A program made the position numbers and the translations under genes. Positions 50,719 through 64,000 of a stretch of DNA of 64,000 bases are shown piece by piece. This DNA comes from Lama glama (lineage: Eukaryota), in NCBI GenBank assembly GCA_028534125.1, contig CM052844.1, positions 4,464,001-4,528,000 of the forward strand, given 5' to 3'. The number at the start of each line of letters is the position of its first letter. The first letter of the stretch is position 1. Below the pieces are notes generated by a model that saw nothing but the letters and a program-made list of their open reading frames with translations, was not told the DNA's origin and made no database searches.

Positions 50719-51208
50719 TGTAGTGGATTCAGTTGTTTTCCGCAAAAAGCTATGGCCAAGACCTAACCCCCAGTACCAGTGAATGTGACCTTCTTTGGAA
50801 ATAGGGTCTTTGCAGATGTGATCAAATTCAAGTGAGGTCATATTTGATTAGGGTGGGCTTAGATCCAATGACTTGTGTCTTTATTTGAAAGAAAAAAAAG
50901 GAGAGAGATTTGGGTACCAAGACGAAGAGGAGGCACACAGAAGAGGGTCACGTGAAGATGGAGGCGGAGGTCGGGTGATGCAGCTACAAGCCGAGGAACA
51001 TCAAGGGTCGCCGGGAGTCACTAGAAGCTACGGAGAGAGGGGCAAGGAAGGACTCTTCCCCGGAGCCTTTCATGGCACCGTGCCCTTATCAGCACCTTGA
51101 TTTCAAGTCTCTGGACTTCAAAACAGTGGGACAATACATGTTTACTGTTTTAAGCCACCAAGTTTATGGTATTTTGTGATGGCAGACAGCCCCCAGGGAA
51201 ATAATACA
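50719..51208 (+). mobile_element. MLT1C MaLR solo LTR
   Basis: gtgaatgtgaccttctttggaaatagggtctttgcagatgt...ttttaagccaccaagtttatggt...aataca. Confidence 0.9.
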
Positions 51209-51532
51209 TATCAGGTATTAAAATGAGTTGTGGAACAAACCACTTAATAGGACTTGTGACTTTTCAAAGGAACATTATTAAAATTCAACTCCATCCTCAT
51301 CGAGAGTATGAAAGGATGGAGGTTTTTGAGATTGGTAGAGGAGTTTGAAAGAGGTTTCTCTGCAGAAATCTAAGGATATAAAGTGAGTCCCACCCCTCCC
51401 CTGGAAAACTAACTTCCACAGGACAAATCAGAGAGCTTGACCCCTCCCACATCTAAGGGGTCCAGTGCATGGTGCCTGACTCCAGTCTGGTCAGTAGAGA
51501 ACACACAACAGGCTAGCAGCTCATCTGGGGAT

Positions 51533-51837
51533 TGTGATGGATACAGTGTTTCTATCCCTCCAGAATTCTTAGGTTGAAATCAAGCCACCAAGGTGACAGG
51601 ATTAGGAGGCAGGGCTCAGGGGAGGCGATTAGGTTATGGGGGCTGCTGTAACAAATGCCCACAGATGTAGACGTGGCCTCGTAGCTCAGTGCTGGGTGGA
51701 GGTTGGAAGAGTTTTGAAGTGTATGCTAGAAAAAGCTTACATTGCCGTAAACAGACTGTTAAGAGCAAATATGGTGAGAACTCAGAAAGAAAAGTGCTGT
51801 AGAGAAAGCCTCAATCTTCTTAGATGGTACCTAAGGC
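51533..51837 (+). mobile_element. MLT1A-like LTR 5' part fused to MaLR internal sequence
   Basis: LTR start to ~51640, then gctgctgtaacaaat...ggttggaagagttttgaag...tgctagaaaaagc, typical of the MaLR-int start. Confidence 0.65.
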
Positions 51838-52289
51838 ATTTTAGAAATCGTGGGGGCTTCCTCTCATACCCCGGGTCTAGAGTGCAAGGCCCTGGGGTGT
51901 AGAACCATTTTCAAGGAGGGGCCTCAGCTTGCACAGACTAAGACAGCGATGGAGTTGGTCTGTCCTCCCACGAGTTATCAAGGCAAAGGGTGAACCGTCT
52001 ACGGACCAGGTAAGGACCACGTGGGAGAAAGTGCCTGCCTTGTGCCGTTAAGTCCTTCCTCGGGTACCACCTTCTGGAACAACAGAACTGCAGAGAGCAA
52101 TAGAGAAAGTCTTATGGAAGATTGCCCAAAAGAGGGGGTGTCAGAGGAGGGGTGGACAGTTCAACGATCCATGTCAAGGGAAATAAAAGGGAGAGGTCCC
52201 CAGAAGCCCCTGTTGTGTGAGATAACTCTGCTACTTCTCTCTGGGAGGAGCTAGACGGAGGCTCCAAAGATGGTTAGGGCATATGACCT

Positions 52290-52708
52290 AACTTATAGCG
52301 AAATCTTTTAAAAAAGAAAAAAACTAACAGAAAAAACTAACGGATTTGTTACCAGAGGTAGGGGTCAGGGGAGGAGGAGTTGGAGGAAGGTGGTCAAAGG
52401 TACAAACGTCCGGTGGTAAGATTAATAAGTGCTAGGGATGGGAGGCAGTGTGCTGACTGTAGCTCACGCCGCTGTATGACACGCAGGAACGCTGGTAAGA
52501 GAGGAAATCCTGACACTTCTCATCACAAGAACTTTCCTTTTTTTCTTTTCTCCCTTCTCTTCTCCTTTTACTGCATCTATCTGAGAAGACGGATGTTAGC
52601 TGAACTGATTGTGATCATCATTTCACAATATATGTGAATCAGACCATCATGCGGTACGCTTTCAAGTTATACAGTGATGTGTGTCAATTATTTCTCAAGA
52701 AAACTGGG
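52290..52708 (+). mobile_element. Laurasiatherian L1 3' UTR
   Basis: ggaggaaggtggtcaaaggtacaaac...atcatttcacaatatatgt...tgtcaattatttctcaagaaaactgg. Confidence 0.85.
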
Positions 52709-55388
52709 TGGGGGGGAGATGGTTATGTCAAATTTGGCAAAGGAAGTGAAAATGACATTTATAGAGAAAGGCACCAGAGCCAGCAGTTTCTGGAGATACT
52801 GAAATGAGGGGAGGAAAACTAGTGACTGAAATTTATTATCATCAATGTTTGGCAGCACTAATAATAATAACAGTAGTCGTATTAATAATAAAAATAGAAA
52901 AAAGCAAAGTAGCAAATTTAAGGCAAAAATAATCAGTTGCACAAGGATAGGGCTGGAAGACAGGTGGAAGTTTATATTTTCTTAAATGTGGATTCAAATA
53001 AGTAGAATAAATAGGGGTTTCATTCCCTATTTGATATTTACCATCTCTATGTCATATCTGATTTTTTTCAAAGAGTTCTTACAGCTCATTGTACTGTGTA
53101 TTGCTCAGAACACATTTTCTGTTATAATCACCTGTTTAAGACGAACATTATCAAAGTGTAGTGATTCTGGAAGTGTATAAACAGGATTGTAGAGTATAGA
53201 CGTTTTTAGCCAGCGAGTACTTTGAAGATCATGATCCCAACATAAACAAATTGAGATCGTAGAAAGCGGAGCTAATGCTGCCATGATACAGACGCTCTCC
53301 TAGAACCCGGTCTCCTGGTGGGTTCCACAGACAACATTTACAGGAGTTACTGATAAACCTAGAGAAAGGAAGACTTAATGGTGCAGTGCTGACAGGTTAC
53401 ACAGCAGAAAAGCTGTCGAGTGACCAGAGAAGGAAGATTCAAGATCGGACAAGCCGTAGCGGGGAAGTAGGTCAGAGCTTTATACTCGGAAGGACTGTTA
53501 GCAATGAGAGTGGCTCCTCCGCCCACGAGGAGAGCCCGAGGCCACCCCGAGTGCTCAGAGAATGAATGGTCACTGATGGGGAACGTCGCAAGAGGCCTCA
53601 CAACACTGAACGGAGAAGTGGATGCAGTGAAACTGCCAGATTCTGAATTATGTCACCAATTATGTCCAGTTTTAAGTACATTTAGAAAAAGGATCACCAA
53701 GAGCACTAATGGCCACTTTGTTCCGCACAGGACGTCTCAGCCTCAACTCTGAGGGGCAGAGCCGAGGACGGTCCTCTCAAGGGAGTCATTTTGGCTTTAT
53801 TTCTCTCACTCCACCACGAACTGATGAAAACTGCCCATGGAGCCTGTGTGGACTTTTACGGCTGCCTCAGCGATAAAATATGGTGAAGTGAGGCCCCGTG
53901 ACTTCCACCACCAGGTCATGGAGGAAAAAAAAAAAGCCATGCTCTTGGGGGTCTCATGAAAACTCACCTCAAGCAATGGCAGCTAGATGTCATTCTCTTC
54001 ACCGGACAGTGGGGACGGCAGCACCCACGTGACAGGCTGACGTCAGAACTCAGTAAGGAACAAACGATCACATGGTCACCGTGTGCTGACTACGCCCAAG
54101 CTACCGGGACTGACATCCCACAGCAACCTCACGCGCCAGGGACAGCCTGCAGAGAGTAAACTGAGGTTTGGAGGAGTGCGTAACATGCTCAAGGTGGCGC
54201 AGAGGGCTGAGAAGGGGCAGAAGGCAGCCTGGCTCCAGAGCTGCCGCCCTCTGCCTTTCACACGCCAGGCCTGGACAAGGCCCTCAGAATACAAGCCTCC
54301 GTCTCACTGGGATCTGTCGCCCTGACTGGTCGCCACTCCCGTGAGCAAGACAACACTGACAGGCCCTGTGTGGGGACCACTCTACTCCGTCTCCACATGC
54401 TTAGTCCTGGCACAGATGAGGGATTCACAACAGGTCTCTGTTGAGTGACTACACCAGGGAGGAAGGCAGCTGAATGTCGGCTTGGGGTATCTAACCCATG
54501 AGAGAGGGAAGGAGAGATTTCAAGAGAAATGGCTTTCCCTTTATCAGTGAGTACAGTCCACTTTACAGCATCCTCCGTGTGTGACAGCCCGCTTGTACCG
54601 CTCAGGGCGGGCACAGAGGACAGGAGACACACCCCTGCCCTGAAGGGCGGTGGGCAGAGGCATAAGTGATGTACACATCTCTAAATGTTCGAGGCTAATT
54701 ATCGTCTGAGGTTGATCATGTAAACCTGTAACCTCATTTCTACAGAGAAGGATCCAGAGGCTCAAAGACTGCCACCCCACACGCAGGGAGTCCGCGCTGA
54801 CAAGGCCCAGGGCACGCAGTCCAGGCAGCCGTCACTTTGCAGTCACGTCGCAGGAGCTGTCAAAGCACGAGCTCCGTGCTCCCTTCCACGCAGCAAGGCC
54901 ACACGGTGCACACGCATGTGTTCCAACAGCTTCACCCGGGAATGAAGGACAGACGCACAAAATAAACATCCTCGGGCTTGATGCCTTCTTTCTATCCAAA
55001 GCCAAAACCGATTCTTTCCTCCTGTTGTCCCTGGGGCAACCTTGGTGCCACCCTGCCCGCCCCCCGGGCTCAGGCCCCTGCTCCTGGCCTGCGCCGCCGG
55101 GCCCTTGTGCCGTGAAGGTGGCTGTCCGCTGTAGGCTGGGTCTCTTTGACCCCAGTTGTTTGCTAAGGTGACCCGTCTGGGTTTTCCACTGTCCTTGTAC
55201 TTTGGGTCCTACTTCCAGGCAGTGGCCTGGTATTCTTTGCTTACACCCACTCTTTGCTAACACACACACAGTGGGGCAAACATTTGTATTTTTTTTCTTC
55301 CCCATGCAGAAGCAGCAGAAACTGGATAAGAACACAAGATTTCCCATTTCAGATTATGTGCTCTTTCTATTATAAAGTTTCAGATACA

Positions 55389-55680
55389 TTTCACGGATTT
55401 TGTAAGAAATAATCAGCAAACATTGACTGAGTACCAAGCTCTCCGCTCAAGGATCTTCCAGTCCAGGGGGCGGGGCAGATACACAAGCAGACCATCGTAA
55501 CAGCGTGTGTTAAATCATGTGCTGGGAAAAGCACAGAACATGGTAGGTGTGCTCCTAACCAATCTGGAGAATGAGGAAGCTTAACCCGGAGCAGGCGGAG
55601 GGGGTGGTTTGATGCTGGGAGGGGTGCGTTCCAAGCAGATGGGACATGATGCGGAAAAGAGCCCAGCTGCTCGGGGGAGG
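55389..55680 (-). mobile_element. LINE L2 fragment
   Basis: cagcaaacattgactgagtacc...gctcaaggatcttccagtccagggg...gttccaagcagatgggaca. Confidence 0.6.
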
Positions 55681-56769
55681 TGTCAATGTGCTCTCTCTGC
55701 TGGGTTGAGGCGTTTGACAAAAGTGACATTTTTTTATGCTGATGACAGTGGGAATCACCAAAAGGAGTTCAGGCAGATTTGAAAATAGACTCAAAGATTT
55801 ATTCAACAAAAGGAGATGGGTGTATAAGAATGATGAGGCATCGTTCTCCCGGCTCCAAGAGCTGATCACCTCCCGGGAAAGACAGATAAATAAACAAATC
55901 ATTACTGAACAATTTGTTTAGTTCTAAATATAGCGCAAACAAAGGGCTGGGGGACCCAGAGGAGGAAGCCATTAGCACTGCCCGGGGGAGAAGAAAGAAG
56001 GGCTTTGTGTAGGTGACAACGGAGCAAGATGACAGATGAGGGGGTGGCAACCGGTCCTGGCTTCCGGGCAGGCCCGACCAGGAGAGGCATCTCCAGTTCA
56101 TTAGCCATTATCAAGTTAGCCAAACGTTTGCCATGGGCTTTACGTTTCAAGCCTCAGGAGTCTGTCCCGTCCTGTTAGAGATAATGAATGTTCAGCTAAC
56201 TCACAGCAATCTTATCAAGGATTTTGAATGTTTACAGAGCACTCCCCACGTGGTGCGTTCCAGAAACAAAAGCAGCTTTTCAGAAGTATCTGCAGGACCA
56301 GGAAGCTCTGCTCGTTTATATTCTTGGAAGCTTTGTGCCAGGATCACATGACTAGAAGCAGGTAGGACTGGTGTGGGCTGTCCCTGGGGGCGGGGGGACA
56401 CACCTGTACCCATCCTGGTGCCCCTTCCAAGCGGACTCAGAAACCAAGTGTCCAAGTCACCAGGTTAGAAAGAAAGAATTTTCTTTCTCTCCAGCAGCAT
56501 CAAACTTTGCCCAGGATTCAGTTGAAAAGACTACACTTAACCACGTTCTGCTTACAGTCCAACAAGTGCATTGCTTACGACACAGAGAAAATTGTGGGAT
56601 GCAGGTGTCTCAGTTTTTCCCTTAACACAGTTCAATGTCAGGACATGGAGGAGGTGACAGGGGCAGCACAACACCGCCTTTGCTGAGAGAAATACAATCG
56701 GGGCGGATTCAGGTTTTCCGGTTCAGTGGAGTTCTAAGTTACATGTGGTAGGAGTTGTGGAAATGGTAA

Positions 56770-57040
56770 AATAAAAATTATATAAATAAGTGGGTTGAAA
56801 ATAAAGGGATGGGCAGTAATTTACCAGGGAAATACAAACAAAAGATTTAGGAGCAGCAAGATTAATAAAAGATTAATAGGGAATTTAATTTACTTAGAAG
56901 TCAGAGGGTAATTTGGGATTGATAAAAAGCCATGAAAAGATACCACAGTCATGAATCTTCAGGTACTAAATAACAAAGTAGTATATACACGTGGCCCAAT
57001 CTTTTAGAATGTTCGTGGATCATTTGGTAAAACTGCAGTC
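56770..57040 (+). mobile_element. Old L1 ORF2 endonuclease-region remnant
   Basis: ggttgaaaataaagggatgg...aaatacaaacaaaag; heavily decayed. Confidence 0.55.
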
Positions 57041-57049
57041 ACTGTAGAG

Positions 57050-57237
57050 CGGTGGTTCTGCACCGAAGGCAATCCCACTCCCCATGGGAAGTTGGGTGAC
57101 GTCTGGAGACATCGGTGGTCATCACAGCTGGGTGGGGGGCTATACTGGCATCTGGTGAGCACCTCCCATGCCCAGAACACCTCACAGCAGAGTTATCCAT
57201 GCAGAATGTCCTCGGTGCTGGGGATGAAAGACAGCGC
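57050..57237 (+). mobile_element. MER20 DNA transposon
   Basis: cggtggttct...gtctggagacatcggtggtcatcacagctggg...tactggcatct. Confidence 0.8.
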
Positions 57238-58605
57238 TCCGCTGTATTCCCTATAGGATGTGTACCTGCTCAGCTGACAGGTCCAGTGAAGGGAGGGGGG
57301 AACATATGGAAAGAAATATTCATGGAAAGATATTTTTTCTCTCTTCTACCTATAAACTATTATGATTATATTTAAGCTAGATAGTACGTTTTGATTTAAA
57401 ATTTACTGTAAATCCAACTTAAGTTTATCCTGATTGGCACATATGGGCTAAAAAATAATCTTTGATTTCTTGAAAATTACCAAATTTGATCTCCCTGAGG
57501 CAAAAAAAAACTGCTCATTTAGACTTTTAAAGGGGAAAAGCTGATGAGAGAACTGGGGAGATGGACTCTGTTGGAAGCTAACTGTGCCCGGACAGAAAGA
57601 AGCGGGGGAATGGCAGGAGGCAGGAGCCCTGGACACGAGGGACTGCTGTGGCCGGGAGGGGGCAGTCGGGAAGGGCCACACGCTTCTTTTATCCCCAGAG
57701 CAAGACTTCTTCCCCTTAATGTTTCTCAGAGACAAAGTTAGCTCTTCTCTAGCAAGGAAATCCAGAACGCAAGGACTTTAAGACCAACTGACTTGCTTAA
57801 GAAAGAAGAGGGGGCGATTTCTCATGCATCCATGAGAGAAAAAGCACCGCCACCAAAAATCAGCCAAGCCGCCACCTCCACAAAACCAGAGGCCTTATTC
57901 AGTGGTGGCGGAGAGGGGCTGGTTACATATCACCAGATCAAAAAAATGTATCGGTTACTTGTTGCACTGGACCCAAACAAAACACCCAACATTATCACCC
58001 CAGTGTTAGCTGTTCTTCTCAGAACTAGGCAGACAGGGACCACAGAGGCTGCTCCCTGGCCCTAAAGGTGCCATCAACCTTCACTTTCAGCCAACCCTGC
58101 CCAAGAGTGCCCTGCCCCGAGGTACCTGTGCCCAGGGGGTGCCGGGCAGGACAGAAGGGTGCGTTCTGAAGGCCATGTTATTAAGTAAGCCTCTTCCTTT
58201 TCTTGAATGCTACGTTAGAAGGTCTATCTCATCAAACCGAAAAACAATAAAATCTCTATAAGTCCTTGAAAAACCTGCTTATTCCTTGTTATCTACTATT
58301 ATACATTAGAGTTCCAGTTAATAATTTTTCCAGAAAAAACAGGCTGCTGGTAAAAAATAATAATAACTTGAAAATAAGAAATGATAACTTGGAAATCACA
58401 TGCAAATACCATAGATCCACGGTATCTGTGAGGAACACATGAGATCTCCAAGAATCTCCAAATTTATACATATCCAAAAATATTTATCTGGGCTGCTGTT
58501 CTTCCTCCCAAGCTCCAAGTCCTTTGCAGCATCTCATGAACATATATTTTTTCTCCCAATGGACAATGTTCTCAAAAAAAAAAAATGAAGAAATACTGTT
58601 CAAGC

Positions 58606-59112
58606 TGTGAACAAAAAATATTGCCAGTCATATCAGTGCACAAAGGATGCTGTGCACATCAAGTCATCAGCCGCTACCACCACCCTGGACAGTGAGCAAC
58701 AGGAACTCAGGGTGCAGACAAGCAGGCAGCCAGGCTCTGCAGCCACCCACAACGGTGCCCCCAGAGGGAACTCAGGATGGGAAAGAACAGGATACTGGCC
58801 CTAAACAGCCAGGTGCACAACAAAGGAATGCATTCAATGAGCCCAGATCTTTGTGCCTTCCCATACATAGAAAAGTGCTAAATTCCTTAACTTGAGGTAT
58901 CTGGTTTTCTTTAATTAATAGTCATCTGTTGATGTTCCAACTACCTGGTCTTTGTTGCAAAAACTCATATATCCTGGCTTCTCCCTTGTCACTTTTAAGC
59001 AATCCCTCAGAGTGATCTGAGAGGCTGTCACCCTAGGCTTAAGTCCTCAGAAATATCAACTGAATAAACCATAGATTTCAACTTTTAGTTGTGCATTTTA
59101 TTTCAGTCAACA
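58606..59112 (+). mobile_element. Cetartiodactyl ERV1 solo LTR (tentatively MER41-like)
   Basis: TG...CA termini, TATA-like catatat (~58967), AATAAA at 59063, and end tttcagtcaaca. Confidence 0.75.
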
Positions 59113-59573
59113 AACTGTGACTAGAGAACCAGTGAGCCAGGCTGAGGGGTGGATGCTAGTGGCAGGCTGGGCTCACTCAGTAGCTCCAGGACACTCTACA
59201 AACTTTGCAGAACCAGCCGGTTCAGAATTATGCCCCCACCCCAATCACAAATCTTTTCTTGGCCTGTGTGTTCCATTTACATAATGTCTAAGAATCACAA
59301 ATGTCAAACTTAAGAATGCCAAGGTGCTTTGTTCCACAAAGGGCACACATCAGAAGCCAACTACAAACCACGATCCCTTCAGCCAAGATTGGGACCCTGG
59401 GGGAATGATGGTGGTGGAAACAATCAATATGGGGAATCTGAGATAAAAGAGGTGAAGACAGGCGGGAGACACCCAGAACGCGCAGGCCTGACCGAGTGCC
59501 AAAGCCTCGGGACTGACCTGCAGAGGGAGGAAGGCGAGGCGGAGCTGTGAGCACGGAGGAGTGGGGAACGCCG

Positions 59574-60022
59574 TGTACTGGCTTGAATCATTCAACCCGA
59601 GCGAAGGCTCTGTTCATGTCCTGGCCCCCAGTACCAGTGACTGTGACCTTGTTTGGAAGTCGGGTCCCTGCCGAGGTAGTCAAGGGAAGATGAGGTCACG
59701 CTGGAGTAGGGTGGGCCCCAATCCAATGACTGGTGTCCTTATAAAAAGGGGGACGTGCAGACACAGACACGTGAGAAGAGACACTGAAGTCAGGTGATGT
59801 GTCTCCAAGCCAAGGGATGCCAAGGACTGCCAGCAAGCAGCAGAAGCCAGCAGAGAGGCCTGGGAAAGGCTCTCCCTCAGAGCCTCCAGGAAGAACCAGC
59901 CCTGCCAGCGCTTTGATTTTGGACGGACGTCTGGCTTCCAGAACAGTGAGAAGATAAATTTCAGTTGTTCTAAGCCTCCCGGGTTGTGGTCCTTTAAGAC
60001 AGCAGCCCTGGGGAACCAGCAC
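59574..60022 (+). mobile_element. MLT1C/B MaLR solo LTR
   Basis: gatgaggtcacgctggagtagggtgggccccaatccaatgactggtgtccttataaaaag...cagcagccctggggaac. Confidence 0.9.
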
Positions 60023-63000
60023 CCCGGGTGCAACCCATTCACCCCCAGGCTGCCCAGGCCTGTGGCCTCCTTAGCATTCATGGAACACCCAGTTTCCTCC
60101 AGTTACATTCAAGGCTGTTCACACTCTCAAGCACTTCATGACACACCGTCCAGCCTGTGACTTATCCTGTGGATATACTTCTACTACTAAAATCAGTGAC
60201 AGGGGCGGGTTGGGGCTGAAAAACACTAGAGCCACCCGAATCCTCATGCTTTTATCAGACAGACACATCAATCCGGGTGTGTGAGCAAGATTCACTCCTT
60301 GAACACACTTAAAAAAGTGCCCGAGAATTGGGAAAGAGACCTAGCAGGAGACAAGCCAAAGGCGATCAATCACCTCCCAGCCCACAAAGCGGGGCTGGGC
60401 CCTGCCAGACCCGGAGGCCCCTGAACGTCACACGGTGTCCTCCCTGCGTGTCAGGAGCCAGGGTGGTGGCTGAGGACTCTGGGGGACGAGGAGGCACACG
60501 CAGTGGGAAGTTTTTTAAAAACTCTTCTGACATCAGGACCCTGTTCCAGGCTGCTTCCCCTACCCGACTGGCAGGGCTGACAGCAGCAGCGGGGCGGGTT
60601 TGGGGGAAGGAAGGGCTGCAGCAGCGCTTGGCGGCTGTGTGCGCTGTGAGCGCAGGAGCTGGCCGGAAGTTAAAGAGTAAATAAACCCAAAGAAGTAAGG
60701 GTGTGGGGCGGGGGGGTGTAAGACAGAGGAGAGAGGGACGGTGCGGATGTAACAGTAAATATTTAAAAAGAGAAGGTAAGAAAGAAGGAATGAGCTTCCT
60801 TTTGGCAGTGAAATCTAAATAATATGTTGAAGACCTTAGAGGCCATGTAAGGTCTCCATCCCCGAAATGCAGGGACTGGTCACCAGAGCGACAGGTTGGA
60901 GGGAGAGTCAGCCTTTTTCTGTCTAGCTGGAGGGTTTTGCCCTTTGGTCCAGTGATGCTGCTGCTTCAGTACCGATGCCCGCAATCTCAGGGGAGCTCAG
61001 CTCAGGCCAGAAGTTCATTATCTTGGTTAATCATCATCCAGGGACCTTTCCAACAAGGCCGTTTTGTGTAACATTCGTTACACGCACCCACCTTTGTGCT
61101 CGGCTGTCTGGGTGGTCGGATGGGCCGTGGCATTTGCATTTCCCTAATCATCTAATTGAGAACGAATTCATATTGAGTCTACTTGAGTGTTGTTTTTTTT
61201 TAATTAAAAAGCCTTGATTAAAACATTTTCATTAAAGACATACTGGCAAAGTTCCAAATTATTTCAAAACATTTCATTCTTTGTTTTCCGGTTCCCAGGG
61301 CTGTCCCAGTCACTCCTCAGGGTTCCAGTTTTGACATCCATCCAAACTCAGGCAGACACATTCACCCGCCAGAAACAGCTGGAAGAGCCCCTTGAGCCAC
61401 TGTCCATCTGGGCCAGACCCTAAAGAGTCTACCTTTAGTTACGGGCCACCTCCCAGGGAAGGAGGGGTAACCAAAGCAGTGGGAAAACAGGGCACCTAGT
61501 CGAGTGACAACTGTAGTAAGACGGGAGTAAAGTTTAACAAGACAGAAAAGCAAGGTGATTTATCAGAAGTAAACCCTAGATGAAGATTAGGAGTTCTTTT
61601 CATTTATCTAATTAACAGAGAGCCGAGACAGATTGGGTAAAATTGTGCTGAATTATTATAAGGGGAAGAGCAAGAAATTATAGTCCGTCTGGTATGAGTC
61701 TCCCCAGACTCCTAGATTTACAGCCCAATTAGAATAAAACTAAAAAAATTCTGCCTTGCTCCTTCCTTGATTCAGCACCTAAATAGGCTGTATTTTTACT
61801 AAATACCAGAGCCTATGAATTTAAATGCTATATTAACAGAGGAAAGCAATATTCTTCCTCTAAACTAGAATATAGCTTTTGCTCTCTAAATGCCAATAAA
61901 ATAGATTTATTTTTTACTTATTCCACTAATGGCTAATTTCCATCTCGTTTTTAAGACTTTAATGTTAATCATCATAAATTGTCAAAAAAGCTAAAATTAA
62001 GTAGATCTAACCCTCTCATTCCGCGGGACAGCAATATTGTTTTTAAGGTTATTTCGAACTGAGTTGGCTGTGGTTGACCTTTTCTATCCAAAAACCTGAG
62101 ACTCGGCTCTACCTAAAAATCTGCATCCGAAAAACGAAGATACTATCCTTTGTGAACTGCCGTAGGGCTGCAGCACCTATCACACTGTTAAACGCTCTGG
62201 GCAAATAATGAGAACAAAACGGAATCTGTCCACCCTCTGGTCGTGTGAGTCTCCAGACAACAGAAGGTACAACAGCGGAAGACCACGCATCCCTGCATCT
62301 AAACACTACACTGCTACGTCTGCGGGATGCTGATACATCAAAACAAGCAGACGGAAGCCACTCAGGCGGGGGAGCTCTGCCAATCAGCCGTATGGTGCTG
62401 TATGGTACAGGATATAAGTGAGGATGTAATTAGGTTTGTTCTACGTATTGGTGGACGGTTTTCTCTTGTGCTGTGTTTTCTCTTAAAACTGTTCCTTTTC
62501 AATGTGATCCCCCGGCTCGTGTTAAATTGCAAATGCAAATTCAGTAAACAGCTACAGCGATTTTCAAAGGGGGTGGGAGGGATGAAGTATTTGCCTGCCT
62601 CACCAGATACACGTAAAATTTTTTCCTTTGCTCATTGCCTCTGCCCCACCCTGAGAATATGGTTGTAAATCACTATCTCCACACCAAAATATTAGCCCCC
62701 TTGACACTTACCGGTTTTCAAGCAGGGGAAAAAAAAAAGTAAAACCAACTTCTTATTTGTATTCGTTTGATATAAGAACACCAAATAAGCAAAATTATAC
62801 GCTATTTATAAATGTTTAAAAGAAAATTTACCCTCAGAGCCCAGGCATTTTATTCTGCATATTTGCCCATCCTCTTGTCGACAGTTTTAAGCATAATATA
62901 AATGCAAGTTCATTTTCAGCCTTTTTAACTTAAAATCATAAACCTTTTCACAAACATCCACAGATATAATTTCTACTTCTTGTCTAGTGGTGACTTACTT

Positions 63001-63174
63001 CTGTACTAAATAGTTTGGTTGCTTCCAAAGTTTGACTGTTACAGACGAGGCTGCAATTAATAGCTTCATGCTTACGGAACAGGAACGTTTAGCCAGAGCT
63101 GGACCACCATGTGGCAGGGCTGACTTGAGTAATCCCGCAGCGCGTGGTGGGAGGTTGCACTGCAAGAACTTTAA

Positions 63175-63494
63175 TGTCTCTTAAAAGATAAACTGAGGCA
63201 TATAGAAAATGTGAAGAGTTTATTTGAGCAAAAATCGATTCCTATGGGGCAGCCCCAAACCGGAAGTAGCTGGGAGCCGGGAGAAACTTCTGCAGAGAAA
63301 GTGAGGGAGCCGAGTCAGGGGGTTTCTGACTCGCTGCCGCTTAAAGCCTAGTGGGCTGTTTGTGACTGGCTGTCCCTGGGTTTCGATTTCATAACCTTGA
63401 GGCATTTACAGGCTGACATTCCGCTTTGCTTCCCTTGCCCCCCACAGCACGAGAGCCACCTGTCTCATGGCCCCCTCGATCAAGTAATTCACCA
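63175..63494 (-). mobile_element. ERV1 LTR (MER67/MER110-like)
   Basis: aagataaactgaggca...gagtttatttgagcaaa...gggcagccccaaaccggaagt. Confidence 0.6.
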
Positions 63495-64000
63495 TGCCCC
63501 TTCCATCCTTAAATTCTGCTTCCCTCCACCAGCAGAAAAAACCCTGATGGGCCAATCAGACAACCAATGTCCAAACCAGGGATATCTGCAATAGACTTCA
63601 CAGATCCAACCCGGGCCCTGAGGGATTCCCGTGTCCTGAAGGCTGTGAGGGCACCAGCTGTCACAACTATCGAGGGCGGGAGCCCCTGCTGGCATTTAAG
63701 GTGGAATATCCTACGTAGCGCACCAATTCCCTGTCTAAGCTGCAAAGGCCTTCTCTGTGAAGAGGAAGACACTGTGAAAAGGTCATCTTGATGATTTATC
63801 CCCAGTGGACCAGGAAGTGAAGGTAGAAAGACTCTCTAGACAATAAATTCTCTAGACAAACAGGGGTGTGACGGGACCAGATCTGTGTTGCAAAAAGACC
63901 AGGCTGGATATAACACAGGGAATAATTTAGAGGGGAGAGATGAGAAGCAGGGAGAACCTTTAAGAGACTACTATCTTCTGCTCTGCCCTCTCTGCTCAGG

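Noticed and set aside
1-64000. Assigning a gene symbol from the multi-promoter architecture
   Set aside because: No peptide or UTR here matches a sequence I can actually recall, and many genes share this layout. Synteny or BLAST is required.

Overview
This is eutherian genomic DNA, very probably from a camelid (alpaca or camel): it carries a camelid-type tRNA-derived SINE at ~11.2 kb and camelid-type L1 3' tails. There are three assembly gaps (221, 500 and 500 N). Most of the window is intron-like sequence rich in old repeats (MaLR/ERVL/ERV1 solo LTRs, L1, L2, MIR, MER DNA transposons). No complete protein-coding gene, RNA gene or CRISPR array is present, and almost all listed ORFs are spurious. 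The evidence best fits the 5'/intronic part of an unidentified minus-strand gene with several alternative promoters (~41, ~35, ~30.8, ~20.8 and ~11.9 kb) and a set of small, phase-compatible candidate exons. I could not name the gene. The best-supported unusual observations are a 95-bp, 94%-identical inverted copy of apparently unique sequence pasted into an old L1 712 bp away, a twin-primed L1 inversion, short tracts of apparent GC-biased gene conversion, a palindrome cluster with an NF-kB p50-type site, and a strong CTCF motif. I did not find a convincing new biological system. Repeat family names come from my recall of consensus sequences and need RepeatMasker/Dfam confirmation.
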